Assembly (NCBI GenBank): GCA_023411115.1
Contig: JAEYPF010000020.1
Coordinates: forward strand, 10,052-74,051
From: Methanobacteriota archaeon
Lineage (GTDB): Archaea; Methanobacteriota; Methanobacteria; Methanobacteriales; Methanobacteriaceae
Length of the DNA: 64,000 bases
Reading direction: 5' to 3'
Below, piece by piece: positions 10,284-20,327 of this stretch. Below the pieces are notes generated by a model, which saw nothing but the letters and a program-made list of their open reading frames with translations, had not been told where the DNA came from and did no database searches. Position 1 is the first letter of the stretch. Each line of letters opens with the position of its first letter. A program made the translations under genes and the position numbers.

Positions 10284-11102
10284 TCATATTCGAGGGTATA
10301 TCAAAATTGTTGTCATTAGAATAAGGGATACTGCACGCCCTATTTCATTAGAAGCACCTAAAATATCTCCAGTTGCATATTTAAACTGCTTTGATGCTAT
10401 TGCAGCGACTATGGACCCCCCGATTATTCCACCGACTATTCCAAGGATTCCAATAATGTTTATGGCTAAAAATCCAATAATGAATACCAAAATAAATGAT
10501 AATATCAGTAATTTTATGTTCATTGATTCTATAAATACTCTTCCAGTGCCCTCTTTAAATGGTTTTGAAAATGTTGCACATGTAATTAGGCTCGTTTTTG
10601 CAGCTATTTCTGAAATTAACAGCATCAAAAATATTAAACCTGCAGGAATAGCATTAATGGCTGAAAATGTGATTATTGCCACTATAAAAAAGAGAGAAAT
10701 GCCTCCAGTTCCAATTGCCATATCTCTCATTACTGCAATCTTTTTGTTGTAATCTCCATGAACCATTAGTCCATCACCCATATCCATGAGACCGTCCAGG
10801 TGATGAAACCCTGTAAACCATATTGCAAAACTATAAACTATCGCTGATGAGATCAATGGGGATAGATGAACTATGTTCAAAGATATGAATCCAACTGCAC
10901 CTACAAATATTCCAATTAGACCGCCAATAATTGGCCAGAACCATGTGAAAGTTGCCATTTCCTCGATGCTGGTGTGAATATTTATGGGTATAATTGTTGA
11001 AAAGGATATAAGTCCAAATATTCCATTGATTTTGGGAACATTTTTATCTCTAATTAAAGGTGATTTGTTTTCACTTTTTTGCAGTATTTTTTTATCTGAC
11101 AT
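10284..11102 (-). CDS. cobS: Adenosylcobinamide-GDP ribazoletransferase (cobalamin synthase)
   Basis: 272 aa polytopic membrane protein with FSTIIPI and HLDGLMDMGDGL motifs. Confidence 0.8.
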   Translation of the reverse strand: MSDKKILQKSENKSPLIRDKNVPKINGIFGLISFSTIIPINIHTSIEEMATFTWFWPIIGGLIGIFVGAVGFISLNIVHLSPLISSAIVYSFAIWFTGFHHLDGLMDMGDGLMVHGDYNKKIAVMRDMAIGTGGISLFFIVAIITFSAINAIPAGLIFLMLLISEIAAKTSLITCATFSKPFKEGTGRVFIESMNIKLLILSFILVFIIGFLAINIIGILGIVGGIIGGSIVAAIASKQFKYATGDILGASNEIGRAVSLILMTTILIYPRI

Positions 11103-11126
11103 ATCAATCCCAAGTATATTTGATTT

Positions 11127-12176
11127 TTAAGGCTCGAAGATCTTTGACATGCACCCTGCAACAAGTCCTGCAAAGATATCGTCAAGTACAGGCCCAAGTT
11201 CGCTAATTATTCCGGGTTTTTCCTCGTCATACCTTTTAAAATTGAATATTGCTTTGGTTCCGGCGATTTGGTTGGCTACAGACATCCCAAAGACCTCGTC
11301 TGAGTATAAATATGCAGGGTCATCATCTACATTTATTCCATGGACTCTATGTTTTGCATAATCTTCTTCAAGCCTGATTCCGGCAATTATAAATGATACA
11401 ACGTTTAAATCTTCCAGAGATTTTAATATCTGGTTATGTAATTTTTTGTAGAGTTCTTCAGTTTTTTCAACTCCAACACAGAGTTCCATCCCTGCATCAA
11501 CAAGATCTTCTATTTTAACACCTACGCTTTCTATAAAATCTAAAACTGCTTTTTTATATCCTGAATTTAAAATTGCTTTTTTTGTAGCCTCTCTTACGCA
11601 TTTCATGACTAAAGTTTGAAGTTCAGCAATATCTCCACCATCATCATCTTTTCCAGTACATGCCACAATTATGGAATCGTACAAACCACCAGTAGCCAGA
11701 TCTCCTGAAGAACTTCTCACATCCAAATCCCATAAAGCTGCTACTTTAGCTCTTTCAGCACATGAATAAGAGTTTAAAATTGATTTATAACTTAAATTTT
11801 TGTTTATAAGCAATATGATGCTTATAGATCCTGCCATATTTTTACAGCTTTCGTTAATGGTTTCTCCAGCATCAGAATCAAAAGGGCCCGCTGAAACTAC
11901 AGCAGTTACGTAATCAGACGTTTCAACGGCATATTGATTTATATTTGCATCTGTTAGAATTAATGAAACAGGACTCGATATGCTTTTATTTTTTAAGGAT
12001 TTTTCTATGTTTTCTTGAGATACATTTTCATGAATTGAATGATTTATTATGGTTTTAACAGTAGAAAAGCCATTATTAGAATTACTTAAAGATAAAAAAC
12101 CTTTTTTTCTGTAAATTATAAAAGCATCATCTTCTATATGTATTGAGGCATCTTTGATACAGATTTTCTGATCCAT
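11127..12176 (-). CDS. cbiZ: Fusion of adenosylcobinamide amidohydrolase (CbiZ) with a PgpA-like alpha-ribazole phosphatase (CobZ) domain
   Basis: 349 aa. The N-terminal two thirds carry CbiZ-like blocks ([49 protein letters not shown]). The C-terminal end ([26 protein letters not shown]) is PgpA/CobZ-like. Confidence 0.55.
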   Translation of the reverse strand: MDQKICIKDASIHIEDDAFIIYRKKGFLSLSNSNNGFSTVKTIINHSIHENVSQENIEKSLKNKSISSPVSLILTDANINQYAVETSDYVTAVVSAGPFDSDAGETINESCKNMAGSISIILLINKNLSYKSILNSYSCAERAKVAALWDLDVRSSSGDLATGGLYDSIIVACTGKDDDGGDIAELQTLVMKCVREATKKAILNSGYKKAVLDFIESVGVKIEDLVDAGMELCVGVEKTEELYKKLHNQILKSLEDLNVVSFIIAGIRLEEDYAKHRVHGINVDDDPAYLYSDEVFGMSVANQIAGTKAIFNFKRYDEEKPGIISELGPVLDDIFAGLVAGCMSKIFEP

Positions 12177-12306
12177 TAAATCACCAGGCTATTGATTTTT
12201 CATTAATTATTGTATATGAATCCATTATTCCAATCATTAATTGATATTCTTTAATCAACAATATTATAATATATGGAGAATGAATATATAATAAGAAGGT
12301 GATTGC

Positions 12307-12639
12307 ATGAAAGTTCATCTAAGGGTCTTTGTTGAGATAAAAAATTTGGGAAAAGCCATGAATGCTTTAACTGATGCTGGAATAACTGGATTTTATATTT
12401 TAGAATATAAAGGCATGTCTCCACAGGATTGGAAGGGATTCTCCATTAAAGAAGATCCAGAATCCGCGATAATGATGATCAAAGACCATGCAAAAAATGC
12501 TATACTTATATGCAGCGTTGTGGATGAAGGAAGGGTGGACGAAATAGTAAAAATGGTTCGTAAAGCCCTTGAAGGAGAAAAATATACCATTTTAGAAGTT
12601 CCAATACGCAGGATAATCATAAGCAATGGAACTGGTTAA
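12307..12639 (+). CDS. Small P-II-fold-like protein, function unknown
   Basis: 110 aa. The beta-alpha-beta-beta-alpha-beta-like pattern ([29 protein letters not shown]) is the only basis, so this is fold-level guesswork. An RBS (aaggtga) is present. Confidence 0.3.
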   Translation: MKVHLRVFVEIKNLGKAMNALTDAGITGFYILEYKGMSPQDWKGFSIKEDPESAIMMIKDHAKNAILICSVVDEGRVDEIVKMVRKALEGEKYTILEVPIRRIIISNGTG

Positions 12640-13240
12640 TAAATAAAGGCGTTAATTAATAGCTATTAGTTTATTTTATGTTCGTCTTCTAATTACTATT
12701 TTATAAAATATGGTTTGTAATATTTTTCTATTCAATTATAGCCATCGTTTTTCCAATTTTTTATGCAACTGGTTTTTAATGGCTTTGTAACTTAATTTAC
12801 TTTATTTATTACCTGTACAGTAAAATATGCTTTAAAAGAATATTTTTTTTTATAATATAATTTATTATTTTTTAATTTCATAAAATGTGATTTTAGAAAA
12901 ATCTATTTTTGTATAATGTCTACTTTAGGTTTAAGTGGGGGATTTATTGATCTATTAGAATTTTAATTAGAATTAACATTTCATTTAATTTTCTAATTTT
13001 AAAAAAATGCGCAAAATTTATATATTATGACGCTTTAAACACTCAATTCCCATAATCATACATGTAAAAATGGTTATTAGATAAATTGAAATATTAATTT
13101 CCAGATAAATTTAATAAAATATTTATATAAAATAATACAGAGTATTACTAAGTTTAGACGGAGGTGTTAATTATGCTCCAACTGGTTCAGGGGTACCTAA
13201 CCCTAGTGGCAACAACAACACAACTGAACCAAAAATAAAT

Positions 13241-13855
13241 ATGGAGTGTGATTATATTAAGCGAAAAATTAAAGCTAGCACGATAATAGCGTTGCTGTCA
13301 ATTGCAGCGCTTCTTATTATGAGTCCTGTAGCAGTTTCTGCCCATGGAGTTGGTGCCTACAATGTTAAAATAACATCAAAGTATGTAATGGCAACCGGAA
13401 AACATTCATGCTCTATAGGCGATGACTACGGATATCATACAAGAGTTTTCTATAATTACGACCCATCGTCGCATACATGGGGAACTCTTGATTTTGAAGA
13501 GGGTCCTGCTTCATGGACCTCACCAGAAGGTATGTGGTATAGTACAGTAACAGATGCTGACTACTGCCTTGTACATGGAAAATCCCATGATAGCCGTGGG
13601 TATTATTTAATCCCTTATAATGGGGTTATTAATGGAAAAATAGTTAAAAATGGATATTTTACAGGAAAAACAGTTCCACAGAATAATATAAATCAAAATA
13701 TAGCTCAAAATAATTCAAATAGTCTAAAAGTCCATGCACAGAATCAGGAGACTATTGAAATCCTAATTGGAGATAAAGTGTATCTAATTAATAAAGACAA
13801 ATTAGAAAAATTGAAATCCATGAATTTCAGTGAATTATGGATAACTAAGCCGTAG
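13241..13855 (+). CDS. Secreted hypothetical protein
   Basis: 204 aa with a signal peptide (KASTIIALLSIAALLIMSPVAVSA/HG). The C-terminal half is Asn/Gln-rich. I recognise no family. Confidence 0.45.
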   Translation: MECDYIKRKIKASTIIALLSIAALLIMSPVAVSAHGVGAYNVKITSKYVMATGKHSCSIGDDYGYHTRVFYNYDPSSHTWGTLDFEEGPASWTSPEGMWYSTVTDADYCLVHGKSHDSRGYYLIPYNGVINGKIVKNGYFTGKTVPQNNINQNIAQNNSNSLKVHAQNQETIEILIGDKVYLINKDKLEKLKSMNFSELWITKP

Positions 13856-13933
13856 ATATAAGCTTATTATCCTTCTACTATTTTTTTAAATAATTTAAAA
13901 TTAAATTTTATTTTTTTCTTTAAATTAAAAATG

Positions 13934-14410
13934 TTAACTTGGTAATTTTACCATGGTAAGCCAGAAGCTCTCAATCGATTGTATAACTTTTATAAACTGG
14001 TCGAAATCCACAGGTTTTATGATGTAACAGTTGGCATGATTACAGTAAGTTTTTAAAACATCATCTTCGGCACTGGAAGTGGTTAGAATTACTACGGGAA
14101 TGCATCGGAGGTTTTCATCTTCTTTAATCTCTTTTAAAACTTCTCTCCCATCTTTTCGAGGTAAATTCAAATCGAGTAATATTAAGTCGGGTTTTGAAGT
14201 ATCTGCGTATTCACCTTTATGGTGTAGGTAATCTATGGCTTCTACGCCATCTTTTACGTGATATAGTTTATTGTTTATTTTGAAGTCCTTAAAAACTTCC
14301 ATTACAAGACGCGCATCTGCTGGATTATCTTCTACAAGTAAAATTTCAACAGTTTTGCTTATCAACCTATCACCGGGAATAAATTTAAAATTATTAAATT
14401 CTGCATACAT
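13934..14410 (-). CDS. Single-domain response regulator (receiver only)
   Basis: 158 aa with ILLVEDNPADARL, PDLILLDLNLPRKDG (phospho-accepting Asp), VVILTTS and ANCYIIKP (conserved Lys). Confidence 0.85.
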   Translation of the reverse strand: MYAEFNNFKFIPGDRLISKTVEILLVEDNPADARLVMEVFKDFKINNKLYHVKDGVEAIDYLHHKGEYADTSKPDLILLDLNLPRKDGREVLKEIKEDENLRCIPVVILTTSSAEDDVLKTYCNHANCYIIKPVDFDQFIKVIQSIESFWLTMVKLPS

Positions 14411-14830
14411 TTATTATCCCTAGATTTTAAAGAAGGTTTCTTACCTCTTTAAATAAGTATACGATGTGTTTTTTAAGGTTTTTACTGGTAATTTGGAAAA
14501 TTTAATATTTCAAGGTGTTATAATTCCTTTTTTGGTTTTATTACATTGGTTTTTAATATTTAACCCGATTTTCAATTGTAATAAAATGTATACATAAAAT
14601 TTGAATGCATAATATTAATATATATAATTAAAATATTAATACTTTTCTAAAAATTCCATAATTTACTTAATAATAATATTTTAACCCATATAATAAGGAT
14701 TTAACATAAATTAGAAATAAAGGGAAAGATAATAAACATAAAACCTAATTAAAATTTAAAATTAAAGTTATAGCAATGTTAAAGAGGATTGACACGTTAA
14801 AATTTAAAATTATTATTTAAAATTTGAAAA

Positions 14831-15280
14831 TCAAGGCAATTTAACAACTGTGAGCCAGAAATTCTCTATTGATTGAACGACTTTTAAAAATTGATCAAAA
14901 TCCACAGGTTTTGTAATGTAACAGTTAGCATGATTGCTGTAAGTTTTGATTATATCTTCCTTTGCACTGGAAGTGGTTAGAATTACTACTGGGATGCATC
15001 GGAGGTTTTCATCTTCTTTAATCTCTTTTAAAACTTCTCTCCCATCTTTTCGAGGCAAATTCAAATCGAGAAGTATAATGTCTGGACGTGAAACCTTGTT
15101 ATATTCATCTTTTTTATTTAAATAATCCATTGCTGCAACGCCGTCTTCAACTACATAAATATGGTTTTTTATTTGGAAATCCTTAAAAACTTCAACTACT
15201 AAACGTGCATCTGCAGGATTGTCCTCAACAAGTAAGATTTCTACTGGTTTATATGTTGCTTGATCTTCCATATTGTTCAT
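14831..15280 (-). CDS. Single-domain response regulator, tandem paralog of 13934..14410
   Basis: 149 aa with the same receiver motifs. It shares a 107-nt block that is 104/107 identical with the neighbouring copy. Confidence 0.85.
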   Translation of the reverse strand: MNNMEDQATYKPVEILLVEDNPADARLVVEVFKDFQIKNHIYVVEDGVAAMDYLNKKDEYNKVSRPDIILLDLNLPRKDGREVLKEIKEDENLRCIPVVILTTSSAKEDIIKTYSNHANCYITKPVDFDQFLKVVQSIENFWLTVVKLP

Positions 15281-15562
15281 CCCTAATTTACGGCAGTTAC
15301 AATGAATAAATTATTCAAATTTATTTAAAACTACATGAAAGAAAAAAGTTTTAAATAGTATCACGCCGCCCCCTGAGTTATTTTAGGAATATTATAATAT
15401 CAATTTCGAATTTGATGCAAATCGGGATATTAATATCATTAATTAACCATATTCCTTTTCAATTTCTTTTTAGATAACATAATAAGAAACTGGGTAATCT
15501 AATATGTTAATATTCTATTATAAATAGTTTATAGATAATTTAAAGAGTATAATTTTTCAATC

Positions 15563-16246
15563 TTATTTATTATATGGTTTATCTTCAACTGCAGCATCTT
15601 TAAAGGCACGTATACGTCTCATACAAGATTCACAAACACCACAAGGCTCTTCTTTACCTATGTAACATGAATAACTCGAATTTAAAGGGGCATTTATTTC
15701 AATACCCAGTTTAACAATTTCAGTTTTGCCCATACTTATAAGTGGGGCTTCAATTTTTATACATTCAAGGGTGCCAATTTCTAAAACACTATTAAATGCA
15801 TCTAAGAATTCTTTTGAGTTATCGGGGAAAGTAACTGCCTCTTCAAGGTCCCATCCCACAATGATCCTGGATGCATTTTCAGCTTCTGCAAAGGAAGTTG
15901 CTATGGCTGTGAAAACTACATTCCTCCCTGGAACCCATACCTTTCGAGCTGTTTCATCACAGATCTCCTTACTATCGAGTTCATCAATTTTAAGTTCTGG
16001 AACTTCAGCATCAGAAGTTAATGCTGATTTTCCAAGCTTTTTAAGCCATGGAAGATCTAAAACTGTGTGCGTAATTCCTAATTTTTCACAGACTGCTCCC
16101 GCAGACCTAATTTCCATTTCTGCGCTTCTCTGCCCGTAATTAAATGTTAAAGCGTGAATCTCATATTCATCGTTGAAATATGCTGTTGCAACAGTTGAAT
16201 CAAGTCCGCCGGAGAGGACTGAAATTGCTTTTGGTTTGTTTTTCAT
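15563..16246 (-). CDS. queC: 7-cyano-7-deazaguanine synthase
   Basis: 227 aa with the PP-loop SVLSGGLDSTV and a C-terminal Zn cluster (CYIGKEEPCGVCESCMRR). Confidence 0.88.
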   Translation of the reverse strand: MKNKPKAISVLSGGLDSTVATAYFNDEYEIHALTFNYGQRSAEMEIRSAGAVCEKLGITHTVLDLPWLKKLGKSALTSDAEVPELKIDELDSKEICDETARKVWVPGRNVVFTAIATSFAEAENASRIIVGWDLEEAVTFPDNSKEFLDAFNSVLEIGTLECIKIEAPLISMGKTEIVKLGIEINAPLNSSYSCYIGKEEPCGVCESCMRRIRAFKDAAVEDKPYNK

Positions 16247-16268
16247 AGTATCTCACCAAATTTTAAAG

Positions 16269-17471
16269 TTAATATTCATCCAGTAACTTCTTAAAAGCAT
16301 TATTTGCCTTTTTCATTACGTCTTTTAAAGGTATTCCTGTTTCATTTGCTATTTTCTTTGCATCCTCATATTCGGGGCTATAGTTTATTATTTCTTCCCC
16401 AATCATTCCAATTTTAATTTGAATATCATGTTCCATTCCACCAATATCAAGTTTTATAGGAATTATTTCTCGCTTAACAATATTTCTGTGAACATATGGC
16501 AACACTCTAACCCCAAGTGTTCCAGTTTCACGTATTATGGCTTCTGAAACTACACCGCTATCTTTTGGCTTTGTTATCACTCTTAAAAGATGGCCTGGCC
16601 GATTTTTCTTCATCAATACTGGAATTACGCTGATATCCAGTGCCCCTGCTTCCATGAGTTTATCGAACGTGTTTCCAATAACTTCTCCTGTTACAGTATC
16701 AAGATTAGTCTCGAGAATAGATACCTTATCAGTTGGAATGATAGATTCTCCATTTACAATTCTTAAAACATTTGGTATTTCAAGGTCCCTTTTCCCTGCC
16801 CCGTAACCGATTTTGCTGTTTGTAATTAAAGGATAAAAATCACAGATCTCGTCAACCATATTTACATAAAGAGACGCTCCAGTGGGTGTTGTAAGCTCGT
16901 AATTAACAGGCCCTCCAAATGTGGGAACATTTTTAAGTATCTCAAGAGTTGCAGGTGCAGGAACGCTTAATTCCCCATGCATGCTATTAATCCTACCCCC
17001 TCCAAGGGCAACTGGCATTCCATAAACTTTTTTAGAGTCTAGTCCGAGTTTGTAAAAGCAGTAAGCAGAGCCAATTATGTCGGCAACTGCATCCGCTGCG
17101 CCTACTTCATGAAAATGTATTTTATCTATGTTTGTGCCGTGAACTTTGGCTTCAGCCTCAGCAAGAGTTCTAAATACCTTTTTTGAAAATTCTAAAACTT
17201 CGGGGCTAATTTTGTAGTTTATAGTATCTAAAGTTTCAATAAGCTCCATGTAACCAGTAGCCTTTCGATCTTCACATTTAATGTCTGCATAAGTAGCTGA
17301 AATGCCTGATTTTTGGATCTTTTTAATTTTAATACTTATATCACCGAAGGGAGAAGCAAAATTTTCCATTACATTAACCACTTCTTCACTGTCCACTCCA
17401 AGATCTATAAGTGCTCCTAAAACCATATTTCCTGAAATTCCAGAATTTTGGGGGTCTAAAATAACTACCAT
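16269..17471 (-). CDS. larC: Nickel-pincer cofactor nickel insertase (DUF111 family)
   Basis: 400 aa with [34 protein letters not shown] and [10 protein letters not shown]. Confidence 0.85.
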   Translation of the reverse strand: MVVILDPQNSGISGNMVLGALIDLGVDSEEVVNVMENFASPFGDISIKIKKIQKSGISATYADIKCEDRKATGYMELIETLDTINYKISPEVLEFSKKVFRTLAEAEAKVHGTNIDKIHFHEVGAADAVADIIGSAYCFYKLGLDSKKVYGMPVALGGGRINSMHGELSVPAPATLEILKNVPTFGGPVNYELTTPTGASLYVNMVDEICDFYPLITNSKIGYGAGKRDLEIPNVLRIVNGESIIPTDKVSILETNLDTVTGEVIGNTFDKLMEAGALDISVIPVLMKKNRPGHLLRVITKPKDSGVVSEAIIRETGTLGVRVLPYVHRNIVKREIIPIKLDIGGMEHDIQIKIGMIGEEIINYSPEYEDAKKIANETGIPLKDVMKKANNAFKKLLDEY

Positions 17472-17597
17472 TATATCAGGATCCTTTTGAAATTTGATAT
17501 TTAATTATTAGATTAATTCTAAGTATACTTTATTCAATGATCTTAATAGAATTTGAGATAATCAAGCTATATTTCTAATTGAATTAATGAATAATGA

Positions 17598-18290
17598 TTA
17601 TTGCTTGTATCCACAGTAAACTGCACCGCCGTAATATTTCCAGATTACATCAACATCTTTAAAACCAATTTCACGAAGCCAGTCTATATGGTCAATTAAT
17701 TTTGCGGGATGATCTTCCTCTTCTGCAGCAGGTATCCATTTCTCTTCTATTTCTTTCATATCCACGCTTAGGTTCATGAATTCTTTCCACTTATTAATAT
17801 ATAACTTTTGTGCATAGCTGTTTGAACCTAAAACCACGTCAGCGTTTAAAAATATACCTCCTTGAGTTAGAGCATCGTATATTTTTATGTAAAAATCTTT
17901 TTTATCTTCATCTGTTACAAGGTGGTGTAGTGCTAAGGAAGAGACAATTACATCGTATCTTTCATTGAAATTATAGTCATAGAAATCACCTAAAACATAA
18001 TCTATATCATTATAACCCTGTAATTTTATTTTAGCCATTTCAATCATATTTTCAGCTAAATCAAGACAGGTTATCCTGGCATTTTTAAATTGTTCCTTTA
18101 ATGTTTTGGTTACAGTTCCAGTGCCACACCCTAAATCAAGTACCCTTATTGAATTGTCATGATCAAATGGAATTGAACTGACCAAAGCATTAATCATATC
18201 TTTATAATGTGGAATTAATTTCAGAATAATTTCATCAAATTCTTTAGCTTCTTCTTCAAAATGAGTCTTTACATTATCACTTTTTTTCAA
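17598..18290 (-). CDS. Class I SAM-dependent methyltransferase
   Basis: 230 aa. Motif I is VLDLGCGTGTVT, followed by DVIVSSLALHHL. Confidence 0.75.
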   Translation of the reverse strand: MKKSDNVKTHFEEEAKEFDEIILKLIPHYKDMINALVSSIPFDHDNSIRVLDLGCGTGTVTKTLKEQFKNARITCLDLAENMIEMAKIKLQGYNDIDYVLGDFYDYNFNERYDVIVSSLALHHLVTDEDKKDFYIKIYDALTQGGIFLNADVVLGSNSYAQKLYINKWKEFMNLSVDMKEIEEKWIPAAEEEDHPAKLIDHIDWLREIGFKDVDVIWKYYGGAVYCGYKQ

Positions 18291-18458
18291 AATAATTCAC
18301 CTTTAAAAATTAAATGGTATATGGTTAATTACTGGATATTTATACTTTTTTTACATGTAGTATTATAATAAATATTCTGATTTTATGGATTTAAAATAAG
18401 TATATTTAAATTAATTTAATAGATTCTGTTTTAAACATAAATTAAAAAAAAGAAAGAG

Positions 18459-20192
18459 TTATTTAATAACTATCAAGGTATCTCCAGCATTAACGGTGTC
18501 GCCTTCTTTAATAAAGATTTCTTCTACAGTACCGGAGCTTGTAGCATGAATATCATTTTCCATTTTCATGGCTTCTAATACGGCAACAACATCTCCTTCA
18601 TTTACCTTATCTCCTTTGTCTACTTTGAGTTTAAGGATCATACCTTGCATTGTAGAAGTTACACCGCCTTCAACAGGGCCAGTAGGACCCTGAGCAGATT
18701 CAACACTTTCTATATCCATGTAACCTACAGGATGCACTTTAACGTTGAACACTTCACCGTCTACATCTACCGCGTATTCTGTAGGGATTCCAGAAGGTGC
18801 TTCACATGCTTCTGCTTCTGCAGGAGGTATAAGTGGCTCTTCTTCAGCTTCACCTTTTAAGAATTTTGGAGCAACAGCAGGATAGAGGGCATAGGTTAAA
18901 ACATCCTCTTCTTTTTTAATAATTCCTAACTTTTCTCCTTCTTCTTTATATTTCTCAAATTGAGGTTCAATCAGGTCTGCAGGCCTAACTGTAATTGGTT
19001 CTTCATCCCCAATGATTTTCTTTTTAACATCTTCATTGACAGGTGCCGGCGGTCTTCCATAGAACCCTTTGAAATATTCTTTTACTTCTTTTGAAACTGA
19101 TTTATACCTTTCCCCACCCAGTACATTCATAACTGCCTGAATTCCAACTATCTGGCTTGTTGGGGTTACAAGTGGAGGATATCCAAGATCTTTTCTAACT
19201 CGCGGAACTTCTTCAAGCACATCCTCGTATCTATCAAGTGCATTTTGGACTTTAAGCTGGGATACAAAGTTGGACAGCATTCCACCGGGGATCTGGTAAA
19301 TCAGGACATCCGTATCAACTTGTTCGGCAATAGGATCAAGAATACCGCTGTATTTTTTCCGTATCTCTTCGAAATATTTTTTAATATGTGTGAGAATCTT
19401 TAAATCCAGCTCTGTGTCATAAGGAGTACCTTGAAGTGCTGCTACCATACTTTCAGTTGGCGGTTGCGAGGCTCCCCATGAAAGGGGTGAAATAGCAGTA
19501 TCTAATAGGTCTACTCCTGCCTGACATGCTGCATAATAACTCATGGGAGTCATACCGCTTGTACAGTGGCAGTGTAAGTTTACAATCAGGTTTGTTTCTT
19601 CTTTAAGAGTTTTTATAAGTTCATAAGTGTCATGGGGCGATATAAGCCCTGCCATATCTTTTATGGCTACGGAGTCACACCCTAAGCCCTCTAATTCTCG
19701 TGCAAATTCTACATATTTTTCTAATGTATGGTATGGGCTAACAGTATATGATATTACACCTTGAACATGAGCATCCTGTTCACGTGCGACTTTGATGGCA
19801 TATTCCATATTTCGTATATCATTAAGTGCATCAAATATCCTGAAGACATCAATACCATTTTCATAGGATTTTTCAACGAATTTTCGTACTATATCGTCAG
19901 GGTAATGTTTGTAGCCAACAAGATTTTGGCCACGAAGTAACATTTGAAGTGGAGTCTTTTTCATGTGCTCTTTAAGTTCTCTAAGTCTTTCCCATGGGTC
20001 TTCATTTAGATAACGAATGCATGTATCGAATGTAGCCCCTCCCCATGATTCCAGTGAAAAATATCCTACTTTATCCATTTCTTCAGCAATTGGCAACATG
20101 TCTCGAGTTCTCATTCTTGTTGCAAGTAGAGATTGGTGTGCATCTCGAAATGCTGTTTCAATGATTTTTATCTTTTTCATAGTGACCCTCAC
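18459..20192 (-). CDS. pycB: Pyruvate carboxylase subunit B (carboxyltransferase plus biotinyl carrier)
   Basis: 577 aa. It has an HMGL-like TIM barrel (IIETAFRDAHQSL, HCHCTSGM) and a C-terminal biotinylation site (LEAMKMEN). Confidence 0.87.
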   Translation of the reverse strand: MRVTMKKIKIIETAFRDAHQSLLATRMRTRDMLPIAEEMDKVGYFSLESWGGATFDTCIRYLNEDPWERLRELKEHMKKTPLQMLLRGQNLVGYKHYPDDIVRKFVEKSYENGIDVFRIFDALNDIRNMEYAIKVAREQDAHVQGVISYTVSPYHTLEKYVEFARELEGLGCDSVAIKDMAGLISPHDTYELIKTLKEETNLIVNLHCHCTSGMTPMSYYAACQAGVDLLDTAISPLSWGASQPPTESMVAALQGTPYDTELDLKILTHIKKYFEEIRKKYSGILDPIAEQVDTDVLIYQIPGGMLSNFVSQLKVQNALDRYEDVLEEVPRVRKDLGYPPLVTPTSQIVGIQAVMNVLGGERYKSVSKEVKEYFKGFYGRPPAPVNEDVKKKIIGDEEPITVRPADLIEPQFEKYKEEGEKLGIIKKEEDVLTYALYPAVAPKFLKGEAEEEPLIPPAEAEACEAPSGIPTEYAVDVDGEVFNVKVHPVGYMDIESVESAQGPTGPVEGGVTSTMQGMILKLKVDKGDKVNEGDVVAVLEAMKMENDIHATSSGTVEEIFIKEGDTVNAGDTLIVIK

Positions 20193-20327
20193 AGTAAATT
20201 TGAATATGTCAATTATAACATCTTTATATAATTAGTCTAAACTGTCATATATACCCTATTTCTTTGAAAAATATTGTAATATTGAGTAAAAAAATAAGAG
20301 TACCAGATATCAGTATCATGCCTAAAA

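Noticed and set aside
10270-10752. Long ORFs antisense to confidently assigned genes. Examples are 10270..10752 opposite cobS, 3385..3903 opposite serS, 542..979 opposite the FKBP gene, 4180..4593 opposite the CooC-like gene, 15726..16139 opposite queC, 55596..55922 opposite the ABC ATPase, and 58700..59110 opposite the DUF362 gene.
   Set aside because: They lie entirely inside genes with strong family motifs. Their products are low-complexity Ser/Ile/Pro-rich sequences typical of shadow frames, they lack an RBS, and I recognise no motifs in them.
13173-13238. 21-codon ORF (MLQLVQGYLTLVATTTQLNQK) with a strong ggaggtg RBS just upstream of the secreted-protein gene.
   Set aside because: It is too short to evaluate, in a different frame from the downstream gene, and has no motif. 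The RBS-like sequence may be coincidental. I mention it only for completeness.
12640-13240. Unusually long (about 600 bp) AT-rich intergenic regions at 12640-13240 and 60426-61026. I inspected them for ncRNA genes, repeats or degraded genes.
   Set aside because: I saw no GC-rich structured segment, no tandem or dispersed repeat beyond short A/T words, and no ORF remnants with recognisable motifs. They are probably promoter or spacer DNA.
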